Under the pieces are notes generated by a model, which worked only from the letters and a program-made list of their open reading frames with translations, was not told the origin of the DNA and did not search any database. The translations under genes and the position numbers were made by a program. From Antedon mediterranea (lineage: Eukaryota > Animalia > Echinodermata), in the NCBI RefSeq assembly GCF_964355755.1, contig NC_092670.1, positions 13,130,795 to 13,194,794 of the forward strand: 64,000 nt of DNA. The letters run 5' to 3'. Every line of letters begins with the position of its first letter. The stretch's first letter is position 1. Shown piece after piece: positions 38,888 through 52,293 of the stretch.

Positions 38888-39616
38888 TTACAATTGGTAA
38901 AGAATCTTATTAAAAAGTTCTGAATCATTTGTAATCAACTTTATGGCTTTATCGAACGCATCAACATTTATACAACGTAAATGAAAGTAGTTTAGCGCCC
39001 ATTTAAAATGGGTAGCGCTATTGTCCACAAGTTTCAATGTCAGAATTGGTCGAAAAAATGTTAGGAGTTGTTCATATCTTGAGCCGTGAAAGTTATAACG
39101 TTCAACCATGTCCTTCAGAATGAATATAAATTCTTCTATGAAAACCTTCTCAATTGTTCTCATTATTTCTTTGTACTCAAGTTCGGTAGTTTCTTTCTTA
39201 ATGTCCGCCTCCAGCACAGGGTTCAGGTACTCTTCCGCAAACACCCCATCTTCTACCTCATCTTCTACATCGGCTTTTCTTGCCAGAAATAGGTGGTAGT
39301 CAACTACCGATGACGTGTCGTCGTATACAATCCTCTCCTCTTCAGAAATTATTCTCGATCTATAATGTTCGTCTTCTTCAGTATTAGATACATTATTGAA
39401 ATCAACGTTCATTGGAGGTGGGGGTTGAATCGCCATTAAACACGTCATATCCCCCATCTCTTCCCTCATCTCTTCCTCCTCCTCTGCTGTAAAATAGGCA
39501 CCAGTCATAGCTAGTATGTCTTCGTCTTCAAATTCTGAATCACTGCTTATATATATAACATCTTCTTCGACATCAGAGTCCATAGTAAGATCAATGATTT
39601 CAATCACGGAACCCAT
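38888..39616 (-). CDS. 242-aa acidic protein with tandem SIM-like motifs; Maverick accessory gene candidate
   Basis: Long uninterrupted ATG-TAA ORF in AT-rich DNA; VIEIIDLT-MDSD and VIYISSDSEFEDED; TATA-like tatataaa ~85 bp upstream. Confidence 0.75.
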   Translation of the reverse strand: MGSVIEIIDLTMDSDVEEDVIYISSDSEFEDEDILAMTGAYFTAEEEEEMREEMGDMTCLMAIQPPPPMNVDFNNVSNTEEDEHYRSRIISEEERIVYDDTSSVVDYHLFLARKADVEDEVEDGVFAEEYLNPVLEADIKKETTELEYKEIMRTIEKVFIEEFIFILKDMVERYNFHGSRYEQLLTFFRPILTLKLVDNSATHFKWALNYFHLRCINVDAFDKAIKLITNDSELFNKILYQL

Positions 39617-39918
39617 AGTAACTAGTTGTTGGTTTTTGGTCTGTCTTGTCGAGCTCTGTAGCGTTGTAGAATGAGGTAAATATTACAAAATATTCGAGAG
39701 TTTATATACAGTCAAAGGATTACATTTGGCATTTACTAAATTTGTTTCAGCCAATTGTCATTGTTGTATTTCCTGTTGGAACATTGTGTCGAAGCGCCGT
39801 GTATCTTTTGTTTCATTAAGTAGCTTCCCCAATGTCATTCAATTTAAAAATCCTGTTTTGATTCTAACATTTTCTTCTTCGTCTAAATCACCTCTTTTGT
39901 TTCTTGCAATGCGGCAAA

Positions 39919-42900
39919 CACAGCTGTTTCAACCAATGTAAAATAAATAGAAAAAGTCAAGCGCCCTCAATATTGTCAGACGGCGATATGTGCCTGAGCG
40001 TGACGCCGCGCGAGTGGTTGAATCTCGTTCAACTTTCGCGACATTTGCAACTTTTATAACTACACTTTAAATTAATTTAATCAATTTCGTCATAAATATT
40101 ATAAAACCATTTTTATACTATTTGTTAGAAAATAAGATTCTTAATTACCGATTTTTTGGAAATAGTAAGTAATTAAGCATAACAACAAGTTTACGAAATT
40201 ATTTACACCCGGAAGTTTTAAAAATTAACATCGATCGGCCTAGCAAATGTAAACAATGGAAAGTTTGAAAAAATGCTTGTCAAATTGTACACTTTTTGTT
40301 TTTATTCGTAATTTTCATAAATACTTGGAAAATCTAGGTAAAAGTTTGATTATATATGCTTACATGAGACATTGAATTGTTAGGAGGTGACGGTGAAAAT
40401 CTCAAGAAATTTTCATTTAAAAACTCGACTGTTTTGTTAAATGCGAAACAGCGTATTTGGCGAGAGGTCGATGAACGCGGCTGATAACCGCTCGCTAGGC
40501 TGTACGCAACTAGGCCTAGGTTGTAGCTAGGCCTAGTTGGTACGTATAAGTAGTGTAATCATACTATACATCATTTTAATTTACAATAGAATAAATAATA
40601 AGCTTAATTATTATCATTGTATTTATTTCAACTGAATATAATTCATCATAAATGTAAAAATTTAGTAAAACTACTAACTACCAGGCCTAGCTAGGCCCTT
40701 AAAATTAAAGCCTATACAAAAATACTCAAACTACTGTATGATAAATATAATATAACATTAAAGATTGGTAAAATTAAAATTTCTTCTCTTTTTTGTAGGC
40801 AACACAGTTTCACGAAAAGGCTTTACGTTCTACTTGCTTCTGTTGTGGAACAAAATTTAAAGAAAAGGATAAAAAATACAACTTAAAAAATATGAAAACA
40901 ATCACAAATTTGCACTAAATCTAACAAATGTAAAATTACAACCTATATACATTTATACAACCTGCCATTCGCGAATTTTCAATGGATACTGTATACTACC
41001 ACGCTAACATTTAAATTAACAGGGCATGGACCAAATTGCTTGGCATGCTACACTTCAACAACAACTATGACCTGGGCCAAAACTACATTCACAAGTGAAA
41101 GAACACACTGGCGTTTAAGGGAACAGTTTTTTGTCTGGTACAGCTGCTCCATAATCTGCTTTTCTTCTTTATATCTTCACTCTTTTTGAAAGTTTATACT
41201 AACAAATTTAATTAAATGAACATACCTCATAATCAAATAACTGTTTTCTCATCCTATTTATATACATAGTTTAAAAAGCGCCAATTTTCAATTAAGATTA
41301 CATCATACATTGTATATTTCTATTCAACAAAATTGTCAGAACTTTCTATTATTTAAATGTCTAAGATAGTCAGATCTCGGGTCCATTCTACAGTCACCAC
41401 AGATTGACTTTTTCATCACAAAATTTCTGAAATTATAAAATGTATTAATGTGTAAATTAAGTATTTTTTAATTCTATAAAAATATCATACAAGTATTTTT
41501 AGCAGAATACAGGCATATTGCACCAGGTGTAATACAGCCTAAGCTACATATGCTTGAGCACCATGCTATTGCATTCATGAGAGAATGGAAGGGGGTCTCT
41601 GAGCAAGGCGGGGAGCTAATACATGCCAAACTCAACCGTCACAAAACAGCAGTGTGGATTAGAGTCAAACTTAGACTCATCTGATTTTCACATCTCCAAT
41701 GATACAAAATGAAATAATAAAACCCAACAAATGCAAGAAAGCCAACAAAGAATGATTCATTAACATTAATGATCATAAAATATTGTACATTTTTAAATGT
41801 TAAAGGAATATTGCATTGTATTGATTTCCTTTTAACAATGCCTAATGATAATGAATATGTAAAAGTAATACTATAGTATGTCTATATTTCAATTACTAAC
41901 TAATTACTATTGATTGATAGTACTACTGCTGTACTGTACATGTGTTAGTGATTGATTGTTAAAGTTACAAATTCATAGCATGGTATGGTAAACACAATTT
42001 AAAATTTACTAGTTCTTGAACAGTAAAATAAACTTACCTATATAGATGGTAGGTATAGGTATTGGTCCAAATCTGTTTAAAATGTTTTAGCCATTTTGGG
42101 TTGCCGCTATATATGTACCTAAAAAATAGTAATAGTAATAGTATAACATTATAATAAGAATTAATTAAAATTAACTTATTAAATTTACTATGGTTGCATA
42201 CATACTAATTTGAATATGCAGTGATGAGCAAAAACAAATGTTAAAATTCATTATTTATAATAATTGTAATTATTACATACAGGGTAGGCATATATGCCTT
42301 ATGTCATTGCATAGGGTATATATAACCAGGTATCCTCATAATAAACATTATTTGTAATAAATACTGTAAATATATTAAAAATAAAAATTAATAATAATTA
42401 AATAATAATATATAGGCATAGAGCCTCTAGGCCTAATTAGGTAGCCTACTAATACCTAGCCTATTGCTCTAGGCTAGGCTAAATAAGCTCGAAAGCTGCT
42501 TCTCTGTAGGCTGCTAGTGCAAGAGAGCACAAGTCTAGCTAGTATATTAAAATAAAAATAGGGCCTATAATATAGGCCTAGCCTACCCAGCCAGTGGTAG
42601 TGATTGATTGTTAATATTGAAAATTAATAGCATGGTAAACACAATTTAAAATTTACTAGTTCTTGAGCAATAAAATAAACTTACCTACTGTATATAGATG
42701 GTAGGCTGCTAGGTATTGGTCCAAATCTGTTTAAAATGTTTTTGCCACTTCGGGTTGCCGCTATGTACCTAAAAAATAGTAAAACATTATTATAAGAATT
42801 ACTTAAAATTAGCTTATTAAATTTAATATGTTGCATACATACTAATTTGAATATGCAGTGATGAGCAAAAACGAATGTTAAAATTCATTATTTATAATAA

Positions 42901-44495
42901 TTGTAATTATTACATACAGGGTAGGCATATATGCCTTATGTCATTGCATAGGGTATATATAACCAGGTATTCTCATATGAAACATTATTTAAATAAATAC
43001 TGTAAATATATTAAACAAAAATTAATAATAATTAAATAATAATAGGCCTATATAGGCGTAGAGCCTAGCCTAATTAGGTAGCCTACTTATACCTAGCCTA
43101 ATTGCTCTAGGCTAGGCTAAATAAGCTGGAAAGCTGCTTCTCTGTAGGCTGCTGCTAGTGATAGAGAGCACAGGTCTAGCTAGTATATTAAAATAAAAAT
43201 AGGGCCTATGATATAGGCCTAGCCTACCCAGCCAGTGGTAGTGATTGATTGTTAATATTACAAATTAATAGCATGGTACACAATTTAATATTTGCTACTT
43301 CTTGAACAGCAAAATAATCTTACCTATAGGCTATATAGATGGTAGGTATGGTCCAAATCTGCTTAGCCACTTCAGGTTACTGCTCTATATATGTATCTAC
43401 AATAGTATAACATTAATAATTATTATAACAATTTCATAAAATTAACTTAACTTATTAAATTTAATATGATTGCAGTGATGAGCAAAACCGAATGTTAACA
43501 TGATGCTTGTCATTATTTATATTGTAATTATTACATACATATAGGCCTATAATATTCCCTATTGCATACATGTTACATAGGGTATATATAATCCTCATAA
43601 TATTAAATTTACAGTTTTTGTAATGAATACTGTAAATTTAATAAAACTAAAATTAATTATAATGATTAAATAATATTAAAAATATATAGGCCTAGGCGTA
43701 GATCCTGGGCCTAATTTTAATTAGGTAGCCTACTAATACCTATTAGGCTAGTAGGCTAGCCTACTCAAGGCCAGGCTAACTAAGCCGGAAAGCTGCTTCT
43801 CTGTAGTAGGCTGCTAGAGAACACAGGTCTAGCAAGGGCCTAGTATTAAAATAAAAATAGGGCCTATAATATTGGTATATGCCTACCCTACCCAGCCAGG
43901 CATAAATAATTAAAATAATGTAACATTTCCAAACTCATTTGGGTCAGCTGTCACATGAAAGGCAGTGTTGCAACTAGAGTAGACATAAGCCTAAGCCTAA
44001 AAATGACACAATTTGAAACGGCCATAGCTCAAAAATTCAACCATCACCTCTCGACCATTACTATGTTATAACATTCACAGATAACTAAATTATCATGCAG
44101 TACCAAAGAATTAGAGTGAAAATTACATTTTTTAAAGATACGGACAAACAAACATGTACCTAATTTGGAAATGTCACTCACGTGCGTCAATTGGTCTATG
44201 CTTGTAATTTATGGTCCACCCTTCCATTAATTTTCAGCGTTACATTCCTTCTTAAAAACAAAACGACAACGTGCTTGTTTCATCCAGGGACTCTTTAATG
44301 AATATTCATATTTTTAGCGACCCTTTATTTTTTTATCTCATTCTCATTGGCTGTTTAAAACATGTCTTTAAATGACGTTTGACTCCACTCTGCACACGTG
44401 GATTTGTAAGTAATTGTTTATGTATTGTTACTCCAGCGATACGACTTGTAACGTTGAGGGCGCATGACTTAATTCGTATGTTTGAAACAGCTGTG
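39919..44495 (+). mobile_element. Chapaev-type DNA transposon, deleted
   Basis: TIR cacagctgtttcaa / ttgaaacagctgtg plus an inner gcgccctcaa pair; 4-bp TSD caaa; transposase scrap at 41502-41640 (PKLHMLEHH..EQGGELIHAKLN). Confidence 0.85.
41947..43900. repeat. Three tandem ~650-bp repeats inside the Chapaev element
   Basis: agtgattgattgttaa restarts at ~41947, 42599 and 43240. Confidence 0.9.
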
Positions 44496-46099
44496 CAAAT
44501 TCCTTGAACTGCCATGTCGTTCTCTAATTGAAGTGTTTCTTCCCCTTCATTATTACTTATATTCAAAATACCGTACTGTAAAACAAAATTGTTATATTAG
44601 ACTAAATATCATATATTATTACCATTTTCAAAATAAATTTATAGAAATAGTAACTTACCATTTCATTACATAATTCGTTCTGATCATCAATTAACTCTTC
44701 TATACATCGAATCTGAAAATTAAATAACAAAACCCATGTAACAGACAGAACAAAGAAGTCATTCTTAATAACATTTAGAAAATAATATACGTAAATTTTT
44801 GTGTTTTTTTTTTTTTACAAATTGCTTCAACTTACCATTTCATCGTTGTCATTAAGAATTTCTAACAAAAATTCCTCGTTACCGTTAAGACTGCTGTTTT
44901 CAAATTCTTGTTCAATACCGGTATGCACGTTAGATGTCGGTATAGTTCAATCAAGACATACTTATTATTTAACTTCATTCATTCTTATCTTTTTGTTTTT
45001 TTGTCATTGTTATAATATCCGGAAACAAATTACCCTTATTAATTATATGTGGGTTCGATCGAGACACCTTTAATGAACGTATTATTTATTTTTTAATTAA
45101 CTCCTGCACGTGCATACATAAGTATCTCTTTTTAAAATTTCCGACAATACATGACGTCATGTAATCAAATTAAATAATACCTATATTGTTATATATCCGA
45201 AACATCACACCTAATTTATACTATCACAACAACTTTTGTTTTATTCTTCCGTAGTCATTTACTTTTCAGTAGGCCTACTTTGTAAAACTGGACTACAAGT
45301 ACAATTTATATCATACAGCATATAGTAGCCAACATACTGTTAACCCACTTTAAATGTTACCAACACAACATGATAGCATGTAACTAATTTAAATATATAC
45401 GGTAATACCTCTATTGTTATATACCCCGAAACACAATACCTATTGTTTCATACTTCCTAGTAATTTGTTTTTCAGTAATTTGTACAGCTGACTAATATTT
45501 ACAATTTTGTAAAAACAACCTCTCTGGTGAGCTAGCACGTTGGTGCGACCGCGAGCGGAGTGATTAGTTGGGGGCCGGTCCTCTCATGATGATGGGGGAT
45601 GATCGTGTGACCTGAGACTACATGGCGGGGCTTCCCCTTTTATGCCTACACGTTCCGTGTTATTTTGTGTATCATTGCGACAACGCACTTTTAAACTATT
45701 TTTTTAACGTTTTGGGGCGACTTTGCGATGGGGCGACTTTGTATTAGGGCGACTTTGCGATGGGGCGACTTTGCGTTGGGGCGACTTTGCGATGGGGCGA
45801 CTTGACTAGCATGTCAGCCTAGGTCAAACCTTGTTTCGCGTCATAACAGGAAACGTTCTGATTGGATACAACGTTGACTTACAGTAGCGTCGTACGCTAA
45901 AACGGTACTATCAACCGTTTTCCACTACAACGCTACAACCGTTGTACGACGCGTTGTACGCTAATCCCCAACTGTTCAGACACACATTCTTTTAGCGTCG
46001 TATCCAAACTCAAGTAATACACGTATGAAACGCCATATGTGCAAAAATATTTATATTTTTACTAATATTAAGAAAAAACTCCGTCTGGAGCCCAGACTA

Positions 46100-46515
46100 G
46101 CCCATGTAACGCTTTGTAAGTGATCAGCGAGATTTTAAACGTTATTCTCTTACACCACTGGCAGCCAGTGAAGCTCTTTCAACACCGGTGTAATACTGTG
46201 CCGTTTTTTACTCAAAGTGATCATCCTTGCAGCAGTGTTTTGAACTAGCTGGAGTTTTGCAATCTCATAGTCAGGTAAGCCACATAAAAGACTGTTACAA
46301 CAGTCAAGACGCGAGCTAACAAACGCGTGAATGAGCTTTTTAGCAGATGCTCTATCAAGGTACTTGCGAACTTGACCGATTTTCCTGAGCGCAAAGTTAG
46401 CTGACTTGCAGATGTTATTAATGTGTCCCGACATACTTAGCTTGTTGTCGATTGTAATGCCAAGATTGCGTGCAGAAGGAACCGTTAGAACGAACTCCGA
46501 GCCAACCTGAATTTG
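46100..46515 (-). pseudogene. L2/CR1-group LINE ORF2 C-terminal fragment
   Basis: ARNLGITID..LSM..HI; LIHAFVSSRLDCCNSLL; LQLVQNTAAR; HSITPVLKELHWLPV. Confidence 0.92.
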
Positions 46516-48249
46516 GTCAATTTGGTTATTGTTCCGCAAAAACGAGGAAAAAAGAGGTTTCAGTAGAATGTTGTTTACGATAGGCTGATTGCCTGTAATT
46601 TGGTTTTTTGGGTGAGAAAGCAAGATGTAAATAAGTATTTTAATGACTGAATTGACAGATTTGTAAATTGGTGTGAAGATGAACTTCTTAATATTAACAA
46701 AACCAAAGAGATATATTTGTATTATTCCATAATACTGCAGTAGAACATACAGGCCTAATGTATTAATACTATTATTAAGGAAAGAGGTTGAAGAGTCACC
46801 CAATATAATTATTTGGGAAACTATACTTGTCTGATATTTCTCAGAAAGCACAAGAAAATTGAGTTGTTACTATTTTATTCCTTTATAAAATTATTATTGT
46901 AAGTAGTTTATCTTTTAGAATATTGGATGTTTAGTATGGTAATTATCGGCCCACAATAAGACCACGTAAAATTGTACAACGTATAAAAAGCAGATTTGCC
47001 ATTACGATCACCAAAAGTCAATTTATGTAGAACAACTAGGTTGGACATTTGTCGATGACAACTCCATACTGTAATTTTTGTTTTTCAATTTTAATCCTTT
47101 TTAATCGTTTTAGCAATATCTATCGGTGTTTTCGCAATCTTTAATTTGTTTAACTGTTGTTTTTGAAATTAAATGCATATTTCTTTGTAGTTTTATTGTC
47201 TCAATTATTCCAAGCAAAATGGATTTCCATTTTAAGTGGACCAATAACAAATTCTTTCGTGATATTTACAGCCAACCGTGTGAGGGCGGTTGTTCAATAG
47301 AACCGCCACAAAAAAAGCATGCTGCTAATTGCAGTGTCGTCATACACGTGTGTGTGTGGTGTGACCGGCCGGCATCATAATGTAAGTAGTGGAGTTGTTC
47401 TAAAATTTTAGGTACCCCCGTAACAGAGTGCACCCCCTATTGAATTACAAATGACGTCACAACCTAATTAGCATACTGTATCCGCCCATAATTTTTAGTA
47501 TCCCCTCTCGCTCGTACGTAATGTTAAGTGACATTTTATATTTAGATGTCTACCGCTCCCGCACAACTTATGTAGCCTATAGGTCTTTAGTACAGTAATA
47601 ATAACAAAAATACTACTGTTCATGTACCTACATTATCCATAAATGTACCATGCAATGATTGTTTATCGAGAAAATAACCTAGGCCTCTGACGCGGAAGTC
47701 CGATATCTCTGAATCGAAACAGCCGAGCCTGCTGTAGCTGCTTATATAGCTGTGATGTGAACTAGGCTGGCTAGCCTGGCCAACAGCGACCGATTGTGGA
47801 GATACATTTTTAGTAACTCTTTTAAAAGTTGCTAGGACTGGGAAGGTTGGAATGATCCACGCCTCCCTACGAAATAGACCAACTTAAGAATATAAAATTG
47901 AACAGTTTTCTCACATCCTGTAATACATTATTATAGGCCTACTATAAATCATGAATTGTGGCTAATTCTTTAGGCCTACGATAGACAATATAAAAAACGC
48001 ACCGTAAAAACTAATCTGTAACCATGTGAATGACATAATCTAATACACGGCAATTGACGAGTTAATATTCCCAATATTGTGACAAATGTCTGTACCCTCG
48101 TGACAGGGTACAATATAACAGACGGTAATCACTCTAGTAGGCTTAGGTATAACCTCGGTGTCTACAATATTATGTACCCCGTGACAGGTTGCACCCCTAT
48201 ACCCCTAATATAACAGTTAATAGGCCTACTATAGTAGGATACAATATTT

Positions 48250-51200
48250 TATGGGCTGTCTAGAATATTAGGTACCCCCGTGACAGATTGCACCCCCTAT
48301 ATTATAACAGTTAATAACTATATATTATATAGGGGGTGCAATATATTACGGAATGTCTAGAATATTAGGTACCCCCGTGACAGATTGCACCCCCTATATT
48401 ATAACAGTTAATAACTATATTATAGGGGGTGCAATATATAACGGACTGTCTAGAATATTAGGTACCCCCGTGACAGATTGCACCCCCTATATTATAACAG
48501 TTAATAACTATATACTATAGGGGGTGCAATATATTACGGACTGTCTAGAATATTAGGTACCCCGTGACAGATTGCACCCCCTGTAATATAACAGTTAATA
48601 ACTATATACTATAGGGGGTACAATATATTACGGGCTGTCTAGAATATTAGGTACCCCCGTGACAGATTGCACCCCCTATATTATAACAGTTAATAACTAT
48701 ATACTATAGGGGGTGCAATATATTACGGACTGTCTAGAATATTAGGTACCCCCGTGACAGATTGCACCCCCTATATTATAACAGTTAATAACTATATATT
48801 ATAGGGGGTGCAATATATTACGGACTGTCTAGAATATTAGGTACCCCCGTGACAGATTGCACCCCCTATATTATAACAGTTAATAACTATATATTATAGG
48901 GGGTGCAATATATTACGGACTGTCTAGAATATTAGGTACCCCGTGACAGATTTCCCCCCCCCCCCTGTAATATAACAGTTAATAACTATATACTATAGGG
49001 GGTACAATATATTACGGGCTGTCTAGAATATTAGGTACCCCCGTGACAGATTGTACCCCCTATATTATAACATTTAATAACTATATACTATAGGGGTGCA
49101 ATATATTACGGACTGTCTAGAATATTAGGTACCCCCGTGACAGATTGTACCCCCTATATTATAACAGTTAATAACTATGTATTATAGGGGGTGCAATATA
49201 TTACGGACTGTCTAGAATATTAGGTACCCCGTGACAGATTGCACCCCCTGTAATATAACAGTTAATAACTATATACTATAGGGGGTACAATATATTACGG
49301 GCTGTCTAGAATATTAGGTACCCCCGTGACAGATTGCACCCCCTGTATTATAACAGTTAATAACTATATACTATAGGGGGTGCAATATATTACGGACTGT
49401 CTAGAATATTAGGTACCCCGTGACAGATCGCACCCCCTATATTATAACAGTTAATAACTATATACTATAGGGGGTGCAATATATTACGGACTGTCTAGAA
49501 TATTAGGACCCCCATGACAGATTGCACCCCCTATATTATAACAGTTAATAATAACTATATATTATAGGGGGTGCAATATATTATGGGCTGTCTAGAATAT
49601 TAGGTACCCCGTGACAGATTGCACCCCCTGTAATATAACAGTTAATAACTATATACTATAGGGGGTGCAATATATTACGGACTGTCTAGAATATTAGGTA
49701 ACCCGTGACAGATTGCACCCCCTATATTATAACAGTTAATAACTATAGGGGTGCAATATATTATGGGCTGTCTAGAATATTAGGTACCCCGTGACAGATT
49801 GCACCCCCTATATTATAACAGTTAATAATAACTATATATTATAGGGGGTGCAATATATTATGGGCTGTCTAGAATGTTAGGTACCCCGTGACAGATTGCA
49901 CCCCCTGTAATATAACAGTTAATAACTATATACTATAGAGGGTGCAATATATTACGGACTGTCTAGAATATTAGGTACCCCGTGACAGATTGCACCCCCT
50001 ATATTATAACAGTTAATAACTATATACTATAGGGGGTGCAATATATTACGGACTGTCTAGAATATTAGGTACCCCCATAACAGATTGCACCCCCTATATT
50101 ATAACAGTTAATAATAACTATATATTATAGGGGGTGCAATATATTATGGGCTGTCTAGAATATTAGGTACCCCGTGACAGATTGCACCCCCTATATTATA
50201 ACAGTTAATAACTATATATTATAGGGGGTGCAATATATTACGGACTGTCTAGAATATTAGGTACCCCCGTGACCGATTGCACCCCCGTGACAGATTGCAC
50301 CCCCTGTATTATAACAGTTAATAACTATCTATTATAGGGGTGCAATATATTACGGAATGTCTAGAATATTAGGTAACCCGTGACAGATTGCACCCCCTAT
50401 AATATAACAGTTAATAACTATATACTATAGGGGGTGCAATATATTATGGGCTGTCTAGAATATTAGTACCCCGTGACAGATTGCAACCCCCATTATTATA
50501 ACAGTTAATAACTATATATTATAGGGGTGCAATATATTATGGGCTGTCTAGAATATTAGGTACCCCGTGACAGATTGCACCCCCTATATTATAACAGTTA
50601 ATAATAACTATATATTATAGGGGGTGCAATATATTATGGGCTGTCTAGAATATTAGGTACCCCGTGACAGATTGCACCCCCTGTAATATAACAGTTAATA
50701 ACTATATACTATAGGGGGTACAATATATTACGGGCTGTCTAGAATATTAGGTACCCCCGTGACAGATTGCACCCCCTATATTATAACAGTTAATAACTAT
50801 ATACTATAGGGGGTGCAATATATTATGGGCTGTCTAGAATATTAGGTACCCCGTGACAGATTGCACCCCCTGTAATATAACAGTTAATAACTATATACTA
50901 TAGGGGGTGCAATATATTACGGACTGTCTAGAATATTAGGTAACCCGTGACAGATTGCACCCCCTATATTATAACAGTTAATAACTATAGGGGTGCAATA
51001 TATTATGGGCTGTCTAGAATATTAGGTACCCCGTGACAGATTGCACCCCCTATATTATAACAGTTAATAATAACTATATATTATAGGGGGTGCAATATAT
51101 TATGGGCTGTCTAGAATATTAGGTACCCCGTGACAGATTGCACCCCCTGTAATATAACAGTTAATAACTATATACTATAGAGGGTGCAATATATTACGGA

Positions 51201-52293
51201 CTGTCTAGAATATTAGGTACCCCGTGACAGATTGCACCCCCTATATTATAACAGTTAATAACTATATACTATAGGGGGTGCAATATATTACGGACTGTCT
51301 AGAATATTAGGTACCCCGTGACAGATTGCACCCCCTATATTATAACAGTTAATAACTATATACTATAGGGGGTGCAATATATTACGGACTGTCTAGAATA
51401 TTAGGTAACCCGTGACAGATTGCACCCCCTATATTATAACAGTTAATAACTATGTATTATAGGGGGTGCAATATATTACGGACTGTCTAGAATATTAGGT
51501 ACCCCGTGACAGATTGCACCCCCTAACAGTTAATAACTATATATTATAGGGGGTGCAATATATTACGGACTGTCTAGAATATTAGGTACCCCCGTGACAG
51601 ATTGCACCCCCTATATTATAACAGTTAATAACTATATACTATAGGGGGTGCAATATATTACGGACTGTCTAGAATATTAGGTACCCCGTGACAGATTGCA
51701 CCCCCTATATTATAACAGTTAATAACTATATACTATAGGGGGTGCAATATATTACGGACTGTCTAGAATATTAGGTACCCCGTGACAGATTGCACCCCCT
51801 ATATTATAACAGTTAATAACTATATACTATAGGGGGTGCAATATATTACGGACTGTCTAGAATATTAGGTACCCCCGTGACAGATTGCACCCCCTATATT
51901 ATAACAGTTAATAATAACTATATATTATAGGGGGTGCAATATATTATGGGCTGTCTAGAATATTAGGTACCCCGTGACAGATTGCACCCCCTGTAATATA
52001 ACAGTTAATAACTATATACTATAGGGGGTGCAATATATTACGGGCTGTCTAGAATATTAGGTAACCCGTGACAGATTGCACCCCCTATATTATAACAGTT
52101 AATAACTATAGGGGTGCAATATATTATGGGCTGTCTAGAATATTAGGTACCCCGTGACAGATTGCACCCCCTGTAATATAACAGTTAATAACTATATACT
52201 ATAGGGGGTGCAATATATTACGGGCTGTCTAGAATATTAGGTAACCCGTGACAGATTGCACCCCCTATCATATAACAGTTAATAACTATATAT
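48250..52293 (+). repeat. ~95-bp satellite array, ~43 copies
   Basis: Unit ctgtctagaatattaggtaccccgtgacagattgcaccccctatattataacagttaataactatatactatagggggtgcaatatattacgga. Confidence 0.98.

Larger units (their letters stand above)
39690..44945 (-). pseudogene. Spliced acidic gene with IxCxE motif, split by the Chapaev insertion; exons ~44945-44836, 44712-44659, 44575-44496 + 39914-~39690
   Basis: Two GTAAGT donors and CAG acceptors, all phase 0: ..EILNDNDEM/IRCIEELIDDQNELCNEM/YGILNISNNEGEETLQLENDMAVQGIC|RIARNKRGDLDEEE... The frame is restored when the insertion is removed. In-frame stops follow and no start codon was found. Confidence 0.6.
36366..46002. repeat. ~390-bp near-identical inverted arms (36366-36753 and 45629-46002) bracketing the Maverick-derived cassette
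   Basis: Each arm is part of a ggccctgttcagac (Harbinger-like) MITE plus the left end of the aagtcgcccc element, whose full copy is at 57607-59644. The right arm extends further into that element, to 45520. Confidence 0.92.

Noticed and set aside
29992-46515. LINE tail at 30 kb and L2 ORF fragment at 46 kb as one element split by 16 kb of insertions
   Set aside because: Same strand and plausible order, but no TSD or connecting sequence could be shown.
46516-46851. N-terminal half of the 233-aa ORF
   Set aside because: Chance read-through from adjacent unrelated sequence (possibly another LINE scrap) into the L2 fragment.
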